The notes under the pieces are model-generated. The model was given only the letters and a program-made list of their open reading frames with translations. It was not told the DNA's origin and ran no database searches. Below, in pieces: positions 1 through 9,399 of a stretch of DNA of 38,878 nucleotides. The DNA comes from Candidatus Micrarchaeia archaeon. GTDB lineage: Archaea; Micrarchaeota; Micrarchaeia; Anstonellales; Bilamarchaeaceae. Made by a program: the position numbers and the translations under genes. The stretch covers positions 1-38,878 of the forward strand of contig JBKHJL010000006.1 in assembly GCA_046538155.1 (NCBI GenBank). Direction: 5' to 3'. Within the stretch, counting starts at the first letter, position 1. Each line of letters opens with the position of its first letter.

Positions 1-1799
1 ATGCTGCGGTCCCTGGATGTTGCAGTAGGGAAAAGCACATGGGGCCTCCCCTCCATCAGGCGCTCCCTTGATTTTTCCGGCCTCCCCATTCTTGCCCCTA
101 TGTACGTAGGTGCCTTGTCGCGTATTGTTATCCCAGAAAGCCTGCATACATTTTCCAGGGGGGACGCTTCACTGTCAAGCTCAGGAGCAGGGGAAACATC
201 CTTTCCGGAAAGCATCCCAAGAGAAGAAAGGAGGGAGTATGTATCATCGCCCCCAACCACAACCTTTTCATTTTCAAGCCTGTGCTCAACAAGCAGTTTC
301 TCAAGTACTCCCTTTGCACCTTCCATTTCAAGCCCTACAATCTCTCCTGCATCAAGCCGCAGTACAGCAGAAGAAAGTGCGGAGCAGAGCGAGGACAGAC
401 CGGAATTATCAATATCATTCCAGGGATATGTGTAATCCGGATGGAGAGGGGCTCCATAGTTCCTTGAAAGCTCAAATGCATCCTTTGCAGATGGGGAAGC
501 AGGAGGCTCTTCAACCCCTGCCTCCTTTGCCTCCTGGGCCCACCACTCAAAACAATAGCCCGGGGGCATGAGGGGGTGATTGGATTTGAGAAAATCCCCG
601 TAGGTTATAAGCATGTCCCCCAAAAACAATATTTCCTCAACATCCTCCAGGAGCTCCTCCGCCTGTTCACTGGTTTTTACCCTTACCACCGAGCCGCCGC
701 GGAGCCTGGCTACCGGCCCCTCAATTGAATCGCAGGAAGTTACTATCGCCCCCTTTCCGGGCCGCTCCACCTTAACGTGCGTTCCGTTCGCGGTAAAGGA
801 ATCAAGAAAGTACATTGTTGCAGGATGGATATTCCTGCCCATTATCCCGTTTGTGCGGCTGTGCCCGTATCTGAGGCGGAAGCCTCCCTTTGCCATTGGA
901 TATGAGAACACGGGGCGGCCTGCAACAAGCCCGTCAAGATAGGTATAATCCGGCTTTATTTCAACCGTGTCCGCCTTTTTCTTTACCTTGATTACATCCT
1001 GGAGCCAGTCCCAATCCAAGCCAAACTTCCTTGTGAATTTAAGGACCTTGGGCGCCTTTGCGGCAATTCCTTCACAGACAACAAGAGGAACTCCTCCTCT
1101 GATACGGTTGCTCTTTATGCGCTCAAGGTTCCTGTGCACCGAAACCTCAACCTCCTCAGTAGGGTCGCCATCTATGCATACCGGGCAGTTCCGGACAATG
1201 TGGGCAACATGTTCATCAGGAGGCTTGTACTGGAGATGGGTACAGCGGTGCTCATAAACATTCACTTCTTCCACATAACGGGCTATTTCAGTATCTGTAG
1301 GGCGGAAATCACCGATTCCTGCTTTCCTGCGGGCATGATCGGCAAGAGCCACGCTAAGGGCAGCAACCGTTCCTCCTGCACTTCTGATGGGACCTGCAAA
1401 AAGTACTGAGATATAATCGCTGCCATCCGGATTCTGGCTTATCTTTACATCAGCAATACCTTCAGTTGGGGCAACAAGGACCCCTTCAGTGAGGATGCCC
1501 ACGCTGGTACGGATTGCCTGCTCTATCAGGGTGCGGTTATCCCCCTGGATTATTTCGCCCGAGGCAATTTTTTCAGCGATATTGAATGCGATTTCCGGGC
1601 GGGACATTCCTCCCTGCTCCATCTCCCGGATTATGAAGGCTATTCCCCGTGGGCCAACAAGCCCCTCCACCCTGGCCGCAACATCTTTTGCAATGGGTAT
1701 CTCAACCTTGCTCTCCGGGTCAAAACCCTTGCTTCTTGCTTCCTGGGCAAGCTCGTAAACCCGGTCCAGCTCCTTCCTGAGTGATTCAAAATAACCCAT
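1..1799 (-). CDS. polC: DNA polymerase D large subunit DP2, 5' part (runs off the window start)
   Basis: Manual translation from ATG at 1799 gives MGYFESLRKELDRVYELAQEARSKGFDPESKVEIPIAKDVAARVEGLVGP. Later segments read EILFLGDMLITYGDFLKSNHPLMPPGYCFEWW and APTYIGARMGRPEKS, all typical DP2 motifs. GAGGTGA RBS overlaps the DP1 stop. Confidence 0.96.
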   Translation of the reverse strand, partial: MGYFESLRKELDRVYELAQEARSKGFDPESKVEIPIAKDVAARVEGLVGPRGIAFIIREMEQGGMSRPEIAFNIAEKIASGEIIQGDNRTLIEQAIRTSVGILTEGVLVAPTEGIADVKISQNPDGSDYISVLFAGPIRSAGGTVAALSVALADHARRKAGIGDFRPTDTEIARYVEEVNVYEHRCTHLQYKPPDEHVAHIVRNCPVCIDGDPTEEVEVSVHRNLERIKSNRIRGGVPLVVCEGIAAKAPKVLKFTRKFGLDWDWLQDVIKVKKKADTVEIKPDYTYLDGLVAGRPVFSYPMAKGGFRLRYGHSRTNGIMGRNIHPATMYFLDSFTANGTHVKVERPGKGAIVTSCDSIEGPVARLRGGSVVRVKTSEQAEELLEDVEEILFLGDMLITYGDFLKSNHPLMPPGYCFEWWAQEAKEAGVEEPPASPSAKDAFELSRNYGAPLHPDYTYPWNDIDNSGLSSLCSALSSAVLRLDAGEIVGLEMEGAKGVLEKLLVEHRLENEKVVVGGDDTYSLLSSLGMLSGKDVSPAPELDSEASPLENVCRLSGITIRDKAPTYIGARMGRPEKSRERLMEGRPHVLFPTATSRDRS

Positions 1800-1803
1800 T
1801 GCC

Positions 1804-3246
1804 TCACCTCGTGAAATCCAGCGTACGCAGCTTCTTCCCCATAAACTCATAGATGGGTACCTTTGCAGGGGTAGGGATGTGGCCCTGCTTCTTCTGAAAA
1901 TCGGTAGTGTCCTGAAAAGTTCCTGAGTTTATTATCAGGCTTCCCCGGTAATTGGAATAACCGTTTTTGTGGACATGGCCAAAATGCACAATATCCGGCT
2001 CACGCTTTATCACCATATAATCCGTCTTCTCAGGAACTATCGCGTTCCCCCCAAAAGAAGGGGAAAGATGGCGCCGCCTCAGGCATTCCACCATAACTTT
2101 TTCAGGATGGTCGTAGCTCAGATTGGGGAGGGAAGATATCCAGCTGTCTGCTGAAGTGCCGTGATAAATAAGGTGCTCCTGGTTTTCAGCGCAGAACATG
2201 GAGGGGCTGCCCACGCTCACCACATCACAGCCAAGAATTTCCTTTGAAAGGGCGGGCATCGGCTCTGCCCTCCTCACAGCATCATGGTTCCCCGGAGAAA
2301 CCACAACCTTTATGTAGTCAGGGAGATCCTCCACAAAATCCGCGAAAAGAGCATACTGCTTGAAAACATCCGGCTCTTCAAGGTCTTTCTCCTGGTTGGG
2401 GTAGATGCCTATCCCATCCACAAGGTCCCCTGCAACAAAAACATACTTCACTTTTCCTGCAAGCTCCTGGCCTGAGCCCCTGAGGTTTATCCAGTCTGTA
2501 AAACGGTTGAAATATTCTCCAAGGAACTCCTTGCTCCCGAAATGGAGGTCAGAAAGGTAAACCGCAGCAAGGTCCCTTTCTGCCTCTTTTTTTTCCCTCC
2601 CCACCCGCACATCGGGCCATTCCAGGTCTTCTGCAATCATGAAGGCTGGGGCAATCTTCCCATAAATCAGAATTACGTCATCCTTCACAAGATTCATGGC
2701 CTTCTCAAAAGCCTTTTCATCTCTCCGGGAAACAACCACCTTGAACTGGCCGGTAAGGTCCTCAACCTGCAGAAGCAGATTGCCTTTTTTTGTTTCCCTG
2801 AATTCAGTAACCATCACCACTATGCGGGCTTTCTGCCCGGCAAGCTTTGATATCCCCTCCAGGTCTGCCTCGGGATATTTACCACTGTAAGTTTTGAGAA
2901 GGGTAGAAAGGGCCTCATACCTGTTGCGGAAATAGCTTACGAAATCCTCAACCCCGCCTTCTGTGCGGGACTTTCCCGTGACATCTGAATCCTCCCGCAC
3001 TTTTAGTTCTGGTTCGTATTCGCTGGCAAGCGGGCGGGAGGAAGACGGCCCGGAAACTTCTGCTGAATGTTTTTTTTCCTCTTCCTTTCTCCGTGAAACA
3101 ATCCCCTGCACATCCTCAATGTTTACAAAATGTTTTTCCAGGGCAATTATCTCTTCTTCAGAAACGCCGTTTTTGGATATAAACTCCTCTGCATCAAGCG
3201 AGAGCCGGATTCCTTTTTTCCTGAGACCCTCAAAGGCCATGCTCAC
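1804..3246 (-). CDS. polB: DNA polymerase D small subunit DP1 (proofreading exonuclease)
   Basis: OB-fold region followed by calcineurin-like motifs SDLHFGS, AGDLVDG, PGNHD, YHG, HLSP, GHVH. Lies directly upstream of DP2. Confidence 0.96.
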   Translation of the reverse strand: MSMAFEGLRKKGIRLSLDAEEFISKNGVSEEEIIALEKHFVNIEDVQGIVSRRKEEEKKHSAEVSGPSSSRPLASEYEPELKVREDSDVTGKSRTEGGVEDFVSYFRNRYEALSTLLKTYSGKYPEADLEGISKLAGQKARIVVMVTEFRETKKGNLLLQVEDLTGQFKVVVSRRDEKAFEKAMNLVKDDVILIYGKIAPAFMIAEDLEWPDVRVGREKKEAERDLAAVYLSDLHFGSKEFLGEYFNRFTDWINLRGSGQELAGKVKYVFVAGDLVDGIGIYPNQEKDLEEPDVFKQYALFADFVEDLPDYIKVVVSPGNHDAVRRAEPMPALSKEILGCDVVSVGSPSMFCAENQEHLIYHGTSADSWISSLPNLSYDHPEKVMVECLRRRHLSPSFGGNAIVPEKTDYMVIKREPDIVHFGHVHKNGYSNYRGSLIINSGTFQDTTDFQKKQGHIPTPAKVPIYEFMGKKLRTLDFTR

Positions 3247-3494
3247 TCCTTCAGCGCTTCAAGCTCGCTTATTATGCTCCAGATCTGCATCCTGGCATGC
3301 GGGGGCATGTTCACATCTTCAGTAATGGATTCAATAGAATAGATTGCGGAGCTTACTTTCACAACCAGATCATCATCGCTCTGGAGACGCTGCTTGGCAT
3401 CCCCGACAGCTTTCCTTATGTTCTTTGGCACAGATGAATCTTCAAGGACTTCGTCCATAAGGCCTATTATTTCCTCAACAGAAGACATATACAC
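3243..3494 (-). CDS. UPF0147 family protein
   Basis: EDSSVPKNIRKA...DVNMPPHARMQIWSIISELE matches the archaeal UPF0147 pattern. 4-nt overlap with DP1. Confidence 0.85.
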   Translation of the reverse strand: MYMSSVEEIIGLMDEVLEDSSVPKNIRKAVGDAKQRLQSDDDLVVKVSSAIYSIESITEDVNMPPHARMQIWSIISELEALKE

Positions 3495-3514
3495 ACCTCT
3501 TTTCCAGCATACAA

Positions 3515-3621
3515 CGGGCCCGGTGGGAGTTTCACATTTTTGGATTGGCCAAAATAATGTTTTGAACCCACGACCTACTGCTTAGAAGGCAGCCGCGCTA
3601 TCCAGACTGCGCTACGGGCCC
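3515..3621 (-). tRNA. tRNA-Arg(UCU) with a 32-nt intron (3529-3560) at non-canonical position 59/60 in the T-loop
   Basis: Cloverleaf: acceptor GGGCCCG/CGGGCCC, D stem GCGC/GCGC, anticodon arm GCTGC-CT TCT AA-GCAGT, T stem GTGGG/CCCAC. BHB motif TTCA-AAA...TGAA-ACT. Splicing restores TTCAAAT. Confidence 0.93.
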
Positions 3622-3677
3622 GTGTGCCCATCTATTGCTATATAGAGAATTAAAAGCTTTCTGGTGCAGAAATGGCT

Positions 3678-3704
3678 AAAAAAATGGAGGGGAGCCGTGC
3701 TCCC
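3678..3704 (-). terminator. Hairpin plus T7 tract downstream of the acidic micropeptide
   Basis: Minus strand GGGAGC-ACG-GCTCCC followed 5 nt later by TTTTTTT. Confidence 0.5.
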
Positions 3705-3724
3705 GCTGCCAGGGGAAGCTTCTC

Positions 3725-3808
3725 CTAGAATTCATCCTCATCAAAGTCTTCCTCTTCATCCTCAAAGTCTTCATCTTCCCAATCTTCATCTTCGTCAAAA
3801 AGCCTCAT
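3725..3808 (-). CDS. 27-aa highly acidic small protein MRLFDEDEDWEDEDFEDEEEDFDEDEF
   Basis: ATG at 3808 and TAG at 3725-3727. GGGGCGA SD-like motif upstream, TATA-like TTTTTATT about 40 nt upstream, terminator downstream. Synonymous alternation GAT/GAC and GAA/GAG. Confidence 0.65.
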   Translation of the reverse strand: MRLFDEDEDWEDEDFEDEEEDFDEDEF

Positions 3809-3917
3809 GTCAATCGCCCCGGGCGATTATGGGAAGCTGGGAAACGAATAAAAAGCTATCTGAAGCCGGGGAAGAATTAAAAACCAACTGCGAGAAGTGG
3901 AGACCATGGAGGGCAGA

Positions 3918-5111
3918 ATGGCCGAGAAGGCAAAAAAAGAAATTGAATGGGAGAAGGCAAGGGCGTTTGCCCGCGGGCTTGAGTCAATGCTCAAAGGGGG
4001 GAAGGCAAAAATACCGGCAAGAACAAGGATGAAAATAAAAGAATTCCTTGCTTCCCTTGGGGAAAGGGAAGGGAGCTGGATTAAAGATGTATATAAGAAG
4101 AGCGGGGAAAAAGAAAGAAAGCTGTTCCTGAAGGCCCTGATGTATTTCATATTCTGGCTTGGAACAGAAAAAACCGGTCAGAGGAATTTAAAGGAAACAA
4201 TAGGGAGGATGAGCAGGGATGGTGCAAGGCTTGGAGAATTCTATGATTATCTTGTCCAGTACAGGGACAAAAAAATAAAGGGGCGCGGGGTAAGGCTCGC
4301 TTCCCTGGTATCGGCAATGGACCGGGACATAAACATGGGAGAAGAGTATTACTCCTGGTTCTCAGAAGAATTCAATATTCCCCCTGAGGGAGTCTGGACC
4401 AGCTACCCCACATTCTTCACAGGAAAAACTCCGAAAGAACTCAGGGATGCAAGGAAAAAAATAAACTGGAGGGCGTTGCGCAACATACTTTCTTCAGTTT
4501 ACGGGATGTATGTGGGGCATGCTGCCCTGGGCAGGATAGAAGAGTATGTAAAGAATGGCCAGATGGCAAAGCTTGCATTCCAAAACAAAAAAAGGGCAGC
4601 CCGAATTGCCAGCCTTCTGTTCCAGTTTGGAATAAAAGATATTTCCCAGAACGGAAACAAACTTAGCCTGGGCCTGAGGGAAACCATTTACCAGGCAAGA
4701 AAACAGGTAGAGGGGGGGCCGGCAATAGAGCTAAACAAAAGGTTCCTGGAAAGATACCTGAAATACTTCACTGCACATGGACTGGACAGGGGAAAGGCGG
4801 AAGAAATAACCCGGATATTTGAAAGGGGGAACAAGTGGGAAGCAATAGACCGGATGTGCAGGATGGCACTGCGGATTTGCAAGAAAGAATACCTTGTGAT
4901 GGGAGAGAAAAAATACAAATTCGGAAAAATGGGAAAAAAGATGGTTTCAGATTTCAAGAAGAACGTGGGGAAACAGGGTGATGCCTCCCTGCTCAAATTA
5001 TATGAGATGATTGCGGAAGAGGATTACACCCGGGCCCTGCACAGGCTCAGGGCAATCCTGGATTCCATAGATTCAGTAAGGGAAGGCTACCCAAATATAT
5101 TCTCATCCTGA
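3918..5111 (+). CDS. Hypothetical basic, predicted alpha-helical protein (about 397 aa)
   Basis: Long ORF with genome-typical purine-rich codons. GGAGGG precedes ATG 3918 (ORF track start is 3897). No recognisable motif. Confidence 0.8.
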   Translation: MAEKAKKEIEWEKARAFARGLESMLKGGKAKIPARTRMKIKEFLASLGEREGSWIKDVYKKSGEKERKLFLKALMYFIFWLGTEKTGQRNLKETIGRMSRDGARLGEFYDYLVQYRDKKIKGRGVRLASLVSAMDRDINMGEEYYSWFSEEFNIPPEGVWTSYPTFFTGKTPKELRDARKKINWRALRNILSSVYGMYVGHAALGRIEEYVKNGQMAKLAFQNKKRAARIASLLFQFGIKDISQNGNKLSLGLRETIYQARKQVEGGPAIELNKRFLERYLKYFTAHGLDRGKAEEITRIFERGNKWEAIDRMCRMALRICKKEYLVMGEKKYKFGKMGKKMVSDFKKNVGKQGDASLLKLYEMIAEEDYTRALHRLRAILDSIDSVREGYPNIFSS

Positions 5112-8100
5112 AATCCTGTACAGCTTTACCGAGCCATCTGAAGTTGTATAAACCTGCTCAAACCCTTCAAGCTCCTCAAGCACAAATGCATTGTAAAGGT
5201 TGGAATCATAGAATTCTTTTGTGCGGTCTTCCCACCCTGAAACAACTTCCCCGTTTTCAAGCCAGGCCTGGTCCTTTGTATAATACACGTCATAGATTTG
5301 TGTGCCATCTGATGTGCTTCCTATCTTGTTCAGGAATGCCTTGTGGAGCTTCAGGTCTCCATTCCCATAGGTTTCGTTCAGTTTGTATGGGGCGAGGATT
5401 GTTTCCCCTGTTGCAAGGGTTGTTTCGCCAATACAATACTTTTGCTGGCCGGTAACTGCATCAAAACCTACCACTCCTGATTTTTCAGAGAGGCTGGAGA
5501 TTGTGCAGGGCTGCTGGCTTGAGGGAACCGCAACCTGCTCCCAGCGGTGCTCCATCTCGCATGTTGACTGGCCGGGGGAATTTGCAACAGAAGTCTCGTT
5601 GTTCCTTGCACAGGAAAGGTAGTTTAGCGCATGGAATTTTCCCCCAAAGCTTCCATCATAACTGAAGATTATCTCCCTGTCAAAAAATACGTGCTCGGAG
5701 CCGTGCTCCTGCATAATCTGCTTCAGCTCCTGAGGGGTTCCGTAGATAAACCCATGCGCAACATCAAGAATCATGTCCTGGTGCGCATGGTCATTCCTGA
5801 GCACCGTGTCTCTCTGCCCGAAATAATTTGTCCAGTGGCCATAGTCCCACCAGGAAGTAAATCTGGCATCCTCTGGGGATTCCTCAAACTGCCATTCCGT
5901 AAACTCTATCCAGTAAGAAGCCATCGTGTTGCAGCGGAGGGATGCTGCAAGCTGCTCTGAAGATGTTGGATTTGCCGGGTCTGAGAAAAGAGAATACATA
6001 CAGAGCATCTGGTCATACTGGTTGGGCATTCCTTCTGATGCAAACCCAACCGGGTCCCCTGCTGCCTCGCAGGCCGGGGAATACCCACTCACGGTACAGA
6101 GCTCCTCCATCTTTGGCTGCACCGCTTCCGGGTTATCCTGGAAACGCGGTGTAAAGGAGCTGAAGAAAAGGCTTTCCCCGACTCCTGTGCTCCATTCAAA
6201 ATAAACAAACAGGGCGCTTGCCAGTACAAACCCTGTAACAAGGTAATATGAATATTTTTTTCTCTTTTCCTCATCCTTCAGCTTTTCAATCCGGCGGGAT
6301 AAGAACTGGGAAATCTCCCCAAGGGAAACCCCCAGCCCTGCAGAAAGTGCAAATCCAAGATAGATTACGTACTTTGTTTTGAAAAGCCCAATCAGGGAAA
6401 CTGGAAGAATAAATGCAGCAAAAAGAAGTGCAAGGCGCTGCTCCTTTGTTTTGAATTTAAGGTAGATTGAGTGGAACATCGCCACGAACATTGCAAAGAA
6501 AACAACCATCAGCATGCTGTTGTTCTTGTCCTTGTATATCAATTCTGTCCCGAATATCGCATTGAGGACTGTGACTATCCCGGAAAGCACAAGGTTGGAA
6601 ATGGCAGTCAGGAAAACTGCAATGAATGCAAAAAGGTGCTGGAATATCCCTACTACCAGGTCAAAAAGGGCAAATATTATGTTCTTGTTGGAAAAATCAA
6701 GCATCTCATCAATTGTGGGGAGCTTGTCAAAATCCATTGCTATGAAACCCAGGCCGGACTGGAAGCTCGCACCTGCAACCCCCTGCTCTGCAATGGTGCG
6801 CTCAAGCGGCTTGTTGAACTGGGTAATCTCAAGTTTTCCCTCCCCCATTGAAAGAACCGAATCTCCAAGGGGAGTGAAGAATACCAGGAGAAGGCCAACC
6901 AGTATTATTCCTCCAACATAGGGGAGGGACTTTTTAACATCCTCTAATTTAAAAGTGGGGAGATTCTTGAAAGGAAGCCTTAGTGAGGAAAGCCCTGCCA
7001 TGGCCTGGAGTAGTAGAAGTAGCAGGGAAAATGCGTATGCGAGCAACACGATGGGCGTGTATCCAGAAAACAGGCCGGAAACAACTGAATTTTCCTTGAA
7101 GAGGTTTGTCAAAATTGTTGAAAGCACAGGCCCGAGCAGTACCACTATCCCGTTTATCTTTGCATTCAGGAGCAGGTCCTCTTTCATGAAGAAAAGGAAG
7201 ACTGCCTGGAGAGGGATAAATATAAAGAGGGTGGCAATCAGGACAACCGCTGAGCTGGAGCCCAGGAAAGTCGCAAGATATGCAAGCCCTGCAATCACTG
7301 CAAACAGCAGGTCTTTTCTTTTTACCGCAAGCGCATATGCGCCCAGGAAAAATGCAAGCCCGAAAAACGCATATGGCTGGACCTCACTCTCCCCTGCCAT
7401 AAGTTTCATCACAAACATGGGCAGGAAAGCGGCAACACCTGCGGCTGCAATCCCAAAAGTTCGCTTGTATTCAGAAGAAACAAACAGGTAAAGAAAAAAT
7501 ACTGCAAGTGCGGCAAAAACAGGGGGGAGCATTCCTGCAACAGCGGAGAGCATGTACCTGTCAAAATCTGTATTCTGGTTGTATAACGCATAGCTTACCG
7601 CTTCAAGATATGCTTTCATCGGGGCAATGCGGTGGGAAGTGGAATGTGGGTACCAGGCACAGTCCTCCTGGAGCGGCGCCCCTCCTTCTGAAAGAATTAG
7701 CGCGGTGTGCTGGATGTAGAAATACGGGTCAAGCTCCATGAGGAGGGGACCATATGATGACATCCTTATCCAGAAGGCAAGCAGCATTATCAGGATTATT
7801 GCAAGCGAGGGGAGTGCCTTCCGGTAATCCTGAGGAAGGGAAATTCCCTCCCACGCCTTTTCCTTTACGAAAAATGCGAAGGAAAGAAGGTAGAAAAGTG
7901 CAACGCACCCAACAGCCAGCCCATAGGAAAAGCTTATTCCTGCGAGGAAAAACAAAAAGGCAAAAAGCGCCGGGAAAATCAGGCCAAGCCCAAAACCTAT
8001 CCCCACCTTGTCAAAAAGAGGCATCTCCTTCCTTTTGAAAAGTGCAAGGGAAAGCACCGCCCCGGGAATGAAAAGGCCGAGGAAAAACCACAATGTCATT

Positions 8101-8138
8101 AATATAGGGTCAAATTCAAACATCAGTACACCCACCAC
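5103..8138 (-). CDS. aglB: Oligosaccharyltransferase AglB (STT3 family)
   Basis: Many TM helices, ELDPYF motif, TIAEQ, and the catalytic SWWDYGHW in the C-terminal soluble domain. Confidence 0.93.
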   Translation of the reverse strand: MVGVLMFEFDPILMTLWFFLGLFIPGAVLSLALFKRKEMPLFDKVGIGFGLGLIFPALFAFLFFLAGISFSYGLAVGCVALFYLLSFAFFVKEKAWEGISLPQDYRKALPSLAIILIMLLAFWIRMSSYGPLLMELDPYFYIQHTALILSEGGAPLQEDCAWYPHSTSHRIAPMKAYLEAVSYALYNQNTDFDRYMLSAVAGMLPPVFAALAVFFLYLFVSSEYKRTFGIAAAGVAAFLPMFVMKLMAGESEVQPYAFFGLAFFLGAYALAVKRKDLLFAVIAGLAYLATFLGSSSAVVLIATLFIFIPLQAVFLFFMKEDLLLNAKINGIVVLLGPVLSTILTNLFKENSVVSGLFSGYTPIVLLAYAFSLLLLLLQAMAGLSSLRLPFKNLPTFKLEDVKKSLPYVGGIILVGLLLVFFTPLGDSVLSMGEGKLEITQFNKPLERTIAEQGVAGASFQSGLGFIAMDFDKLPTIDEMLDFSNKNIIFALFDLVVGIFQHLFAFIAVFLTAISNLVLSGIVTVLNAIFGTELIYKDKNNSMLMVVFFAMFVAMFHSIYLKFKTKEQRLALLFAAFILPVSLIGLFKTKYVIYLGFALSAGLGVSLGEISQFLSRRIEKLKDEEKRKKYSYYLVTGFVLASALFVYFEWSTGVGESLFFSSFTPRFQDNPEAVQPKMEELCTVSGYSPACEAAGDPVGFASEGMPNQYDQMLCMYSLFSDPANPTSSEQLAASLRCNTMASYWIEFTEWQFEESPEDARFTSWWDYGHWTNYFGQRDTVLRNDHAHQDMILDVAHGFIYGTPQELKQIMQEHGSEHVFFDREIIFSYDGSFGGKFHALNYLSCARNNETSVANSPGQSTCEMEHRWEQVAVPSSQQPCTISSLSEKSGVVGFDAVTGQQKYCIGETTLATGETILAPYKLNETYGNGDLKLHKAFLNKIGSTSDGTQIYDVYYTKDQAWLENGEVVSGWEDRTKEFYDSNLYNAFVLEELEGFEQVYTTSDGSVKLYRISG

Positions 8139-8189
8139 TGAATAGAATTAGTTTAGTATAATTGAAAAAATTTAAAAGGGAGGGTGGTT

Positions 8190-9320
8190 TCATAAAATTG
8201 AACTCAGCACCTCATCATGCTCCTGGGGCTTTTGCTCTTCAAAAAGGTGTGGTGCCTTCACCCCGGTGATAACTGCAGTTACCTCTACAGAGCTGCCAAG
8301 GTTGCCGTCAACTCTGGAACCAATCTTAACTTCAGCATCATCATTGAAATCCTTGCTTATCCCTTCGCATATAAGCGTTGCGTCCCCAAGAGTAAGGCCG
8401 CCTGAGCCTGCAACATGGATCAATGCGCCTTTTGCACCTTCATATGAAACCTTAAGAAGCGGGTTGCTGCGTGTGTTCTCCACTGCGCTTTCAGCCATTC
8501 CCCTCCCTGTTCCTGATGCCTTTCCTATTGAAATCATGGCGAGGCCCCCATCCTTCATGACAGCACGCACATCTGCATAATCAACATTCATCATGCTCGG
8601 GAGCACCACAAGGTCGGATATTCCGCGGACCGCTTTTGAAGATATTTCATCTGCAAGTGCGAAGGCCTTGTCTATCGGGAGGTTGGGTGCATAAGAAAGC
8701 AGGCGGTCGTTCTCCACAACTATTACCGTGTCCGCCTCATCCATCAGATTTTTCAGCCCATCCCTTGCCCTGTATATCCTTGAGCGCTCCAGCTTGAAGG
8801 GGTAAGTGACTACACCTATCACTGTTGCGCCCTGCTCCTTTGCCAGGCGGGCTATAAGCGGTGATGCGCCTGTACCTGTCCCCCCGCCCATTCCAGCGCA
8901 AACAAAAACAATCTCATTCTCCCCGATAAGCCTCCTGAGTTCCTCTTTGTCTGAATCCGCAGCCTTTTCAGCTACTTTTGGGTCTCCTCCGCTTCCGAGG
9001 CCCTTGGTGACCATCCTGCCGAGAATATGCTTTCTGTGCGCCTCCACAACCTTAAGATGAAGCTTGTCGGTATTCACAGCAATTGTGCGGGCGCTTTCTA
9101 TCCCGTTTTTCTTTATCCTGCTGACGCAGTTGCAGCCTGCTCCACCTACCCCGATTACGGAAATCCTTATTCCTGAATTGTCTTCCTTGTCTTTACTCTC
9201 TTCCGTTTTAACAGGAAGTTCTTCCTTGTTGTCCTTTCCCTCTTTGGGCTTCTCTTCAAAAACAGGAGCTATCTGTTCTTTCTTTTCAGAATTTATATCG
9301 TGTACAATACCTTCAAGCAT
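8190..9320 (-). CDS. ftsZ: Cell division protein FtsZ (second, more divergent paralog)
   Basis: GVGGAGCN, AVNTD, GMGGGTGTG, YPFKLE, T7 loop MNVDYADV. Confidence 0.93.
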   Translation of the reverse strand: MLEGIVHDINSEKKEQIAPVFEEKPKEGKDNKEELPVKTEESKDKEDNSGIRISVIGVGGAGCNCVSRIKKNGIESARTIAVNTDKLHLKVVEAHRKHILGRMVTKGLGSGGDPKVAEKAADSDKEELRRLIGENEIVFVCAGMGGGTGTGASPLIARLAKEQGATVIGVVTYPFKLERSRIYRARDGLKNLMDEADTVIVVENDRLLSYAPNLPIDKAFALADEISSKAVRGISDLVVLPSMMNVDYADVRAVMKDGGLAMISIGKASGTGRGMAESAVENTRSNPLLKVSYEGAKGALIHVAGSGGLTLGDATLICEGISKDFNDDAEVKIGSRVDGNLGSSVEVTAVITGVKAPHLFEEQKPQEHDEVLSSIL

Positions 9321-9342
9321 CTGGTCACCAATAGAGAATTAG

Positions 9343-9388
9343 AAAACAAAAAATAAAAAGGTTTTGCCCGCTTTCCGAAGAAAGCGGG
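9343..9388 (-). terminator. 9-bp hairpin with cUUCGg tetraloop plus T-rich tract between the two ftsZ genes
   Basis: Minus strand CCCGCTTTC-TTCG-GAAAGCGGG (9388-9367), followed by a T-rich stretch. Confidence 0.65.
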
Positions 9389-9399
9389 AGTTGTTCTGT

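Noticed and set aside
1..1758. Several plus-strand ORFs of 90-150 aa
   Set aside because: They are shadows of the minus-strand DP2 gene, which the ORF track omits because it runs off the window.
1..1799. Possible intein in DP2
   Set aside because: The segments translated by hand read as ordinary DP2. The usual insertion site is further C-terminal, outside the window.
3664..4032. 122-aa plus-strand ORF with PHQSL/LHL repeats
   Set aside because: It is the antisense reading of the acidic micropeptide plus an off-frame overlap with the 3918 gene.
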